64,000 nt of DNA from an uncultured Gammaproteobacteria bacterium (GTDB taxonomy: Bacteria; Pseudomonadota; Gammaproteobacteria; Xanthomonadales; Xanthomonadaceae). A program made the position numbers and the translations under genes. The stretch is from positions 56,935 to 120,934 of the forward strand of contig CAVVFI010000007.1 in the NCBI GenBank assembly GCA_963747445.1, given 5' to 3'. Shown here one piece after another: positions 56,527-64,000 of this stretch (positions within the stretch are counted from its first letter, which is position 1; each line of letters opens with the position of its first letter). The notes beneath the pieces were generated by a model that saw only the letters and a list, made by a program, of their open reading frames with translations, was not told the origin of the DNA and made no database searches.

Positions 56527-57875
56527 GACCGCCAGCCCACGACGCGGCGGTCGTAGCGCTGCGCCGCAAGCCCATCATCGGCCCGGGCGACGCCGCCGCC
56601 TCGACCACGGCGTTCGGCTTGCCCGGCGATGGTGGCTGCGGGCGTTCGCGCCTCACGCAGCGCCATGCCCATCAGGATGCCGACCAGGATCGCGTACAGG
56701 CCGGCGGTGAGCTGATGGGCGAACATCGACTGGGTGAGTCCACACAGCGTATAGGCGGCCACCACCATCGCACCGGCCCAGGCCGCGCCGACGGGTCGGC
56801 GGCGCAATCGTGCCGCGCCGATCAAGCGCACGAACCAACCCAGCGGCAAGCCGTACAGGGCGATGATCGCCAGGATGCCGGGCAGACCCATCGTCGCGGC
56901 CCATTCGGCCAGGTCATCGTGCGCATGGCCTAGATGGCACAGCTGCTGCTTCGCCCCATCGCGGCATTCGGGTTCGTCGCCGATCGCCTGGTTGAAGTTG
57001 CCGACCCCGACGCCGGCCAGCGGATGATGCAGGAAGGTCTTGCCCGCGATCGTCAACAGCTCCAGGCGTGCACCCATCGACGTATCCATGTCGCCAAGCT
57101 CGTAGCGATCAAGGTCCTGCTGCAACTCCTCCACGCGCGTCTGTTCGCTCAGTGCGGGGACGACGAGCACCAGCACCGTCGCGGCAGTGAACATCAGCGC
57201 AATCACCAGCAGCCGCGACCGACCGGTGCGCCAACCGTACCCAAGGGCGAGGACCACCGCCAACGAAGCCAGGCCGGGCACGACCCCGCGACTGCCGCTC
57301 ATGACGATGCATGCCACGCCAAGCAACAGTGCGCCCATGGTCCAGGCCCATCGTCGCGCCGGCGAGCAGAATGCGGCCAGGACCATGAGGACCAGGACGA
57401 CATCGGCGAACACGATGGCATTGCTCCACCCGTCGGCTCGTTGCGCCCCGCCCAGCACCTGCCATGAGGCCAGCACGCATGCCGCCGCCAGGCCGGCCAG
57501 TGCGCCCAACCACAGCGCAGTGCGCGGCACCCGCAGAGCGTATGCCCACAATGCGCAGCAGGGCAGCACCAACAATCGCGTGCGGGTATCGATGGCATCC
57601 CAACCCTGGCCGGACAGGTGCATCGAGGCCACGACCAGCGCCACTACCCCCAGCGCGAGCAATACCAAACTTGAAAGCGGCGCTGCGATGCGCCTGGCTT
57701 CGGCAAGAACGGCCTTGGGTTGCAACAGCGTGGAGGCAATCATCAGGATCGCGAATGGCAACAAACCAGCGGGCATCGTCAATGCCAACGCCGGCAGGCA
57801 GAACAGCGCCGCCGCAGCGATCGCCCGGGACGCGCTGCGCCGGTTCCCGGGGGAGCGCATCACCATGGAAGGCAT
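56475..57875 (-). CDS. O-antigen ligase family protein (WaaL-like)
   Basis: Multi-TM protein; SGSRG, SMGARLEL, GVGVGNF and HAHDD Wzy_C-like motifs. Confidence 0.88.
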   Translation of the reverse strand: MPSMVMRSPGNRRSASRAIAAAALFCLPALALTMPAGLLPFAILMIASTLLQPKAVLAEARRIAAPLSSLVLLALGVVALVVASMHLSGQGWDAIDTRTRLLVLPCCALWAYALRVPRTALWLGALAGLAAACVLASWQVLGGAQRADGWSNAIVFADVVLVLMVLAAFCSPARRWAWTMGALLLGVACIVMSGSRGVVPGLASLAVVLALGYGWRTGRSRLLVIALMFTAATVLVLVVPALSEQTRVEELQQDLDRYELGDMDTSMGARLELLTIAGKTFLHHPLAGVGVGNFNQAIGDEPECRDGAKQQLCHLGHAHDDLAEWAATMGLPGILAIIALYGLPLGWFVRLIGAARLRRRPVGAAWAGAMVVAAYTLCGLTQSMFAHQLTAGLYAILVGILMGMALREARTPAATIAGQAERRGRGGGVARADDGLAAQRYDRRVVGWRSYSPVATCDARSRRYFR

Positions 57876-57926
57876 CTACCCGTGCTATTGCCCCGCGTGG
57901 CGGGAATCGCCCCCGTCGCGCCTGGG

Positions 57927-59688
57927 TCAATCCGGCCCATCACGGACATCTTCCGCCGGCGGCTGCGCGATGCAGCCGGGAATGACCGCGCCCGCCGGCA
58001 CCAGCCACCAGATCCGGCGGTTGGCGCGACCGACGAGCTCGGCACGGGTCCGGTCGATGCACGACGACAGCGCCGGCTCCTGTACAAACAACCAGCGCCG
58101 CCCGGGGGCAGCGCGCTGCCAAGCCAGGCCCCGCTCGAGCTGCTCGCGCCAGGGAGCGACGAATCCGAACTCCACAGGCGGCCGCCGCGGCATTTCCATC
58201 TGCGCCATCAACAGGTTCTGCTCCTTCCACGCCACCAGCCCAAGCTCCGCATCGGGCGGCAGGCGCAGTGCGACCTGATGCATCAGTCCGCGTGCGGAAC
58301 CCGAATCGTTGAGCAATGGGTAACCGACCAGTCCGTACAGGACCCATATCCCGGACAGCGTCGATAGCAGGGCCATGACCGCGCGCCGCCGGCCGGACCA
58401 CAACAGGCTGCCGAACCCCCAGGTACCCATCGCCACCAGCAACCATGCCAGCGGCGTGGCACCGCCAGCGAACCCCCGCTCGACGCTGAAGCTTGCCTCG
58501 AATGCGGGATCGCCCAGCAACATCGCCAGGCCAGCCCCCGACGCCAAGGCAGCCAGCAGGCATGCAAACGCAAGCGCCAGGCGCCTGGGCCAACGCCGGC
58601 GCAGGATCCCGGGCAGCAGCGGCGCCAGCGCCAGGCACATCATCGGCAGCGCCGGCATGATGTAGACGTCGCGCTTGCCGCTGGGAATCGAGAAAAACAA
58701 CACCACCAGCACCCACCACGCCAATGGCAACAGGTAGCGTGGATCGCGGCGGCGCAGGCGGCGGCGCCACGCCGGCAGCGCCCATGGCAATGCCAGCGTG
58801 ACCGGCAACCAGGCCGTCGCCATCACCCCGAACTGGTACCACCATGGTTGGGGGTGGTCCCAGGAGCTGGCGTAGCGTCCCGCTGTCTGGTGCAACAGGA
58901 TGTCGTCAAGGTACGCGCGGTAGGCCGGATCCGCACTGGACAGCGCGACGCTGACCATTGGCACCAGCCACAGTGCGATCGCCGCGATCAGCGCCAGCGG
59001 CCCCAGCCAGAACCGGCCATCGCGCACCGGAAACCCGATGCCGCGCCACCCCCGCATCGCTGCGTACGCAGCAGGCAACAGCATCGCCAGCGCCAGCACG
59101 CCCACGCCCTTGGTGATCACGCCCAACCCGGCGGCGAACCAGCCCAGCGTCCACATCCGCCAGTCCGGCCCCTGGTCGCTGCGCGTGGACAACAGATGGC
59201 GCAGGAGTCCGTAGTTGGCCAGCGTGATCCAGAACATGACCAACGGGTCGATCTGCGCTTTCTTGGCCTGGTAGGTGAACTGCACCGCCAGCAGCAAGGC
59301 CCAACCGGCATGCAAGCCGACCTTGCGCGTCCACAACCGCGTGCCCAGGTCGACCACGCACCACAGCGTGCCCAGCGCAGCGAGCAACGATGGCAGCAGG
59401 AATGCAACGCGCCAGTTGCCGAAGGCCGCATACGCGACTGCCTGCAGCCACATGAACAGCGGTGGCTTGTCCGAATACAACTCGGCGCCGCGATGCGGGA
59501 ACAGCCAATTGCCGCTGTCGATCATGTGCCTGGCGACCAGCGCGAAGCGCGGCTCGTCGGCCGGCCAGGGGTCGCGCAGGCCCAGGCCGGCACCAAGCAC
59601 CAGCAGGGTGACGACCCAGAACAGCCAGGTCTCGCGCGAGGCGCGGGTCTTTGGGATCAGGGCACTCGGGATCAGGGTGTCGTGGCAT
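57927..59688 (-). CDS. ArnT/GT39-family glycosyltransferase; probable frameshift near 59650
   Basis: DEPRF, YSDKPPL, KGVG and GKRDVY motifs. The frame is open upstream of 59600 (KTRASRETWLFW) with no in-frame ATG; ATG 59688 joins it if one A is removed. Confidence 0.8.
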
Positions 59689-59879
59689 GTGGCGATGATA
59701 GCCGTGCGGTCCGTGGGCGCGGTTAATTGTCGAGCCGGGCTTGTGGATTGTTGCCGTTTGGAGACTGCGCATCAGGCCCCTGGCACCCGGGTTGCTGCCT
59801 GGCCTGACATGCCAGCGACAGACATCGGGAGAGACTCCAGCCGCCACCCACACCCATCCGTCATCCTCGCGCAGGCCAT

Positions 59880-59968
59880 CCGTGATCCCGGCGAAAGCCG
59901 GGATCCACTTTGACTTTGCGCGTCGTGATCAAGATCAAGATGGATCCCGGCTTTCGCCGGGATGACGG
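59880..59968. repeat. CGTC-type REP doublet
   Basis: ccgtgatcccggcgaaagccgggatcca ... tggatcccggctttcgccgggatgacgg. Confidence 0.9.
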
Positions 59969-60039
59969 GAATGGGAAGTCGGGAAGTCGACAGGCAGGCT
60001 GGTGTCCAAGTGCCCTGCGTCGAAGACAACGCAATTGCG

Positions 60040-61438
60040 TCAGCGTGTTTTCCGCATCCGCGCATAGAAGAATCCATCCATGCCGTCTTCGCCCGGCAAG
60101 CGCTGATGGCCAAGGCCACCGTCGTCATCGGGTACGCCGTGCCCGAAGCGTGCGTCCAGCGGTACGACTTGTGCATCTGCGCGTACGTGCGAGGAACGCT
60201 TCGATCTGCGCGTCGTTTTCGTCACGCAAAATCGAGCAGGTCGCATACAGCAACGTACCGCCCGCTGCGAGGGTCGGCCACAGCGCATCAAGCAATCGCG
60301 CCTGCGTCGCCACCAGCGTGGCCAGGTCGGATTGGCGCCGGTGCAGCAGGATGTCCGGCTGCCGGCGCACGATGCCGGTGGCGCTGCACGGTGCGTCGAT
60401 CACGATCGCGTCGAACGGCGTGCCGTCCCACCATGTATCGGGCTCGGCGGCATCGGCGGCACGGGCGTCGGCTTCGAGACCGAGCCGATCGAAGGTCTCA
60501 CGCATGCGCCGGACGCGGCGCGCATCGATATCCAGTGCAGTCAGTTGCAGTGACGGATCGCGTTCGAGCAGGTGTGCGGCTTTGCCGCCGGGTGCGGCGC
60601 AGGCGTCCAGCACGCGCTTTCCGGATGCGCGCGTACCGGGTGCATGTTTTCCCGAATCCGGCGCGGCGTGCAATGGCAGCAATGCATCGGCAACGTGCTG
60701 CGCGCTGCCGTCCTGCACCGAGACATCGCCGGCGTCGAAGCCGGGCAGCGCGGATACCGGCAGTGACGTTTCCAGCCGCAATGCATCGGGCAGATCGTCG
60801 GGCGGCGCGGTTGCCTCGATATCCACCGCTTCAAGTCGCTGCAGGTAATCGTCGCGCTGACAGCGTTGGGCATTGACCCGCAACCACAGCGGCGCGGCTT
60901 GCGCGCTGGCGGCCAGGATCGCGTCGCGCTGCCCTGGCCAGTCATGGCCGATCCGTTGCAACAGCCACGCCGGCCAGTCCGCCGCCGGGTCCGCGGGAGG
61001 CAGGCCGTCGCGCGCCGCGCGCCGCAGCAACGCATTGACCAGGCCCGCCTGGTGCGCGCGCCCCAGGGCACGCGCGGCGTCCACGCTCGCAGCGACGGCG
61101 GCGTGCGGGGGCAGCCGCAGGGCATCGAGCTGCGCGAAGCCGGCATACAGCAATGCGCGCAATGCCCCATCGCGCTTGTCCGGCGGCCTGGGCATCCAGG
61201 CGGTCAGTGCCGCGGCATAGGCCGAGCGCCGCCGCAGCGCGGCAAAGACGATCGCCTCGACCAGCGCGCGATCGCGCAGATCCGCAATCTTCGGCAAGCG
61301 GGTCGCGAACGCGGCCTTCAGCGAGCGATCGTCATGCAACACCGCATCCAGCACCCGCGCGGCGGCCACCCGGGCAGCCACGCCGGCCGGCAGGCTTGCC
61401 TGGTCGCCTTCAGGCGGTGCGGAGCTGCGGGTGCGCAT
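60040..61438 (-). CDS. rsmB: 16S rRNA m5C967 methyltransferase RsmB/Sun; frameshift near 60181
   Basis: [24 protein letters not shown] and YATCS motifs; the conserved DGFFYAR end lies in another frame (60040-60291 ORF). Confidence 0.88.
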
Positions 61439-62330
61439 TGAGGTAATCGGCGGCGGACACCGGCTTGCCACCGGCGCGTTGCACGGTGCGCAGGCGCAGC
61501 GCGCCTTCGCCGCAGGCGACGTCGATGCCCGCGCGGGTCGCCAGCAGGACGGTGCCGGGGCTGGCTGCGTGCGCCAGGGGCATGGCAGTGGCGGCGTGGA
61601 TCCGCACGCGCTCGCCTTCGACAACGGCTTCGGCCACCGGCCAGGGATTGAACGCGCGCACCTTGCGGGCCAGCGCGTCCGCCGGTTGCGACCAGTCGAG
61701 CCGGGCTTCGGACTTGTCCAGCTTGTGCGCGTACGTCACGCCGGCTTCGGGCTGCGGCGTGGGTGCCGGACGGATCCCGGCGCGCAGCAGGCCCAGGCCG
61801 TCGGCTAGCGTTCGCGCGCCGAGTTCGGCCAGCAGGTCGTGCAATTGGCCGCCGGTCATGCCCGGGCCGATCGGGACTTTCTGGGACAGCAGCACCGGGC
61901 CGGTATCCAGGCCTTTTTCCATTTGCATCAGGCAGACGCCGGTCTCCTTGTCGCCGGCTTCGATGGCGCGCTGGATCGGTGCCGCACCACGCCAGCGTGG
62001 CAGCAGCGAGGCGTGGACGTTCCAGCAGCCGTCTTCGGGGATGTCCAGAACCCTCTGGGGCAGCAACAGGCCGTAGGCCACCACGACCATCAGGTCGGGT
62101 TTCAGCGCGCGCAGGGCATCGCGTGTGCTTTCGTCCTTGAGCGAGGCGGGTTGCAGGACCGGAATGCCGCGCTGGATGGCTTCCAGCTTGACCGGCGAGG
62201 CCTGCAAACCCCGGCCACGCCCGGCCGGGCGGTCGGGCTGGGTGTAGACGGCCACCACTTCGGCGCGCATGGTCGCGGCGCGCAGCGAGGGCACGGCGAA
62301 TGCGGGGGTCCCGGCGAAAACAATCCTCAA
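61410..62330 (-). CDS. fmt: Methionyl-tRNA formyltransferase
   Basis: [24 protein letters not shown] and MEKGLDTG motifs; TTG start. Confidence 0.97.
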   Translation of the reverse strand: MRIVFAGTPAFAVPSLRAATMRAEVVAVYTQPDRPAGRGRGLQASPVKLEAIQRGIPVLQPASLKDESTRDALRALKPDLMVVVAYGLLLPQRVLDIPEDGCWNVHASLLPRWRGAAPIQRAIEAGDKETGVCLMQMEKGLDTGPVLLSQKVPIGPGMTGGQLHDLLAELGARTLADGLGLLRAGIRPAPTPQPEAGVTYAHKLDKSEARLDWSQPADALARKVRAFNPWPVAEAVVEGERVRIHAATAMPLAHAASPGTVLLATRAGIDVACGEGALRLRTVQRAGGKPVSAADYLNAHPQLRTA

Positions 62331-62550
62331 GGCCTGATGCTCAAAAACGTGGCTCCCGAAAGGGGTGGAAATTGCAGCCCGAGCACAACCGATTGGAGCG
62401 CGCCGGACTGAAACGAGTCGGTCGAAACAGATGGCACGACAAACATCTCGCCAGTGCCACGCCACACCGTCGCACCAACGCGGTCGTCCTGCCAACACAG
62501 TCGCCTTTGCCCACGCGGCTGCCCCGCCAAGACTGTCATCCCAACAACAT

Positions 62551-62633
62551 TGTCATCCTGAGCGCAGCGAAGGATCTGCTGGTTGCGTGACTCACCGAAG
62601 GACAACAGATCCTTCGCTGCGCTCAGGATGACA
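62551..62633. repeat. GTCATCCTGAG-family REP doublet between def and fmt
   Basis: tgtcatcctgagcgcagcgaaggatct ... agatccttcgctgcgctcaggatgaca. Confidence 0.9.
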
Positions 62634-62756
62634 GTGCTGGAAGGATGGCAAATCACCCTGGGCCATTGCGCAACGCCCGGTTAAAGCCCAGCTGCAGAAG
62701 TGATCGCGCAAACGATCACGCAAACCACCCGACAACGCTGCCGCGCCCATCAGCGC

Positions 62757-63272
62757 CTAGGCTGCTGCCTGCTTGCGCTGCTTGGCCAGCTTCTTGCGCA
62801 CCATCTCGCGCTTGAGCGGCGACAGGTAATCGACAAACAGCTTGCCGACCAGGTGATCCATCTCGTGCTGGATGCATACCGCGAGCAAATCGTCCACGTC
62901 CAGCTCGAAACGCTCGCCATGGCGATCCAGCGCCGTGACCGTGATGCGGTCGGCCCGGGCGACGTCGGCAAAGATGTTGGGTACCGACAGGCAGCCCTCC
63001 TGGCAGACCTGTTCGCCGGTGCGCTGCGTGATTTCGGGATTGACGAAGACCAGCGGCCGGTTCTTTTCCTCGGACACGTCTATGACCATGAACCGGCGAT
63101 GGACGTCGACCTGGCTGGCCGCCAGGCCGATGCCAGGGGCGGCGTACATGGTCTCGAACATGTCGTCGATCAGGCGCTGGGTGGCCGGCTCGGCCAACCA
63201 GGCCGGGTCGGCCGGGGTCGCCACGGTGCGCAACCGGGGGTCGGGGAACTCAAGGATCGGGAGCAGGGACAT
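62757..63272 (-). CDS. def: Peptide deformylase
   Basis: [13 protein letters not shown] and HEMDH motifs. Confidence 0.99.
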   Translation of the reverse strand: MSLLPILEFPDPRLRTVATPADPAWLAEPATQRLIDDMFETMYAAPGIGLAASQVDVHRRFMVIDVSEEKNRPLVFVNPEITQRTGEQVCQEGCLSVPNIFADVARADRITVTALDRHGERFELDVDDLLAVCIQHEMDHLVGKLFVDYLSPLKREMVRKKLAKQRKQAAA

Positions 63273-63419
63273 GGCAGTCAAAAATGGGGGCGGCGGTCAC
63301 ATCTGCAAGCACTTGCGTGCGCAGATTCGGCATTGTAACGCCGCCTGCTTGCAAAGACCCGTGGATTCTGGGCTATATTGACCCCGCTTTACGGGGAAAT
63401 TCTCAAGGGGAGCGGGCAC

Positions 63420-64000
63420 ATGGCCGCCAAGTTTAAGCGCCTTTCTCAAGGCCTGCGTGTGGTTTTCATCGTTGCGATGCTGACCGTCGCGACCTATGCG
63501 GTTGCGGCAGAAATGCGCGCTGACCACCCTGATACGTACGTCGTCAAACGCGGCGATACGTTGTGGGACATCGCCGGTCGCTTCCTGAACAAGCCGTGGC
63601 TATGGCCGGAAATCTGGCAGGCCAACCCGCAGATCCAGAACCCGCACCTGATCTACCCGGGCGACGTGATCTCGCTGGCCTACCTCAACCGGGTCACGCT
63701 GCAGCCGGGTCCGCGCCAGGGCGCGCCGATCAACGCGATCCCGCTGTCCGACATCGAGCCCTTCCTCAGGGACCTGAGCGTGGTCGACAGCTTCGACCAG
63801 CTGCCGCACGTCGTCGGCCTTGAAGGCGACCACCTGCGCAGCAGCCAGGGCCAGCTTGCCTATATCCGCGGCTTGTCCGGCGCCCAGCCCGGCCAGCGCT
63901 TCACCGTGGTGCGCCCGACCCAACGCTTCACGCACCTGGATCGCAGCGGCATGTGCTGCGACCTGTTCCACCAGGACGACCTGGATTTCCGCGGCCGTCG
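63420..64000 (+). CDS. LysM peptidoglycan-binding protein (5' part; runs off window end)
   Basis: Manual translation MAAKFKRLSQG...YVVKRGDTLWDIAGRFLNKPWLWPEIWQANPQIQNPHLIYPG; divergent from def. Confidence 0.92.
   Translation, partial: MAAKFKRLSQGLRVVFIVAMLTVATYAVAAEMRADHPDTYVVKRGDTLWDIAGRFLNKPWLWPEIWQANPQIQNPHLIYPGDVISLAYLNRVTLQPGPRQGAPINAIPLSDIEPFLRDLSVVDSFDQLPHVVGLEGDHLRSSQGQLAYIRGLSGAQPGQRFTVVRPTQRFTHLDRSGMCCDLFHQDDLDFRGR

Overview
High-GC gammaproteobacterial chromosome segment. Gene order and sequences point to Xanthomonadaceae (Lysobacter/Luteimonas-like); this is inference. Most of the window is core genes: mreBCD-mrdA-rodA, ubiE, dapF-DUF484-xerC-hslVU, two S9 peptidases, hemC-algR-algZ, rpoD, dtd, LPS genes and def-fmt-rsmB. 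Four things stand out. (1) The tRNA-Ile2(CAU) gene downstream of rpoD is split by a 245-nt group I intron right after the anticodon, and a free-standing HNH endonuclease gene starts 70 bp away on the opposite strand, a candidate collaborative-homing unit. (2) An accessory block between ubiE and hslU encodes an acidic exported protein, an apparent triple beta-barrel outer-membrane protein, a Gln/Asp/Arg-rich exported protein and an orphan GspE/PilB ATPase bracketed by a degenerate duplicate of the hslU 3' end. (3) A soeABC-like cytoplasmic molybdoenzyme operon is interrupted by an SLC13 permease and a CSD-DUF1294 gene, with REP-like palindromes inside soeA and soeB. (4) There is a rich repeat landscape: inverted heptamer pairs and a start-stop relay at mre-operon junctions, nested REP cassettes and VNTRs. 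Four genes carry apparent frameshifts, which may be assembly errors. All calls come from reading the sequence; no database searches were run.
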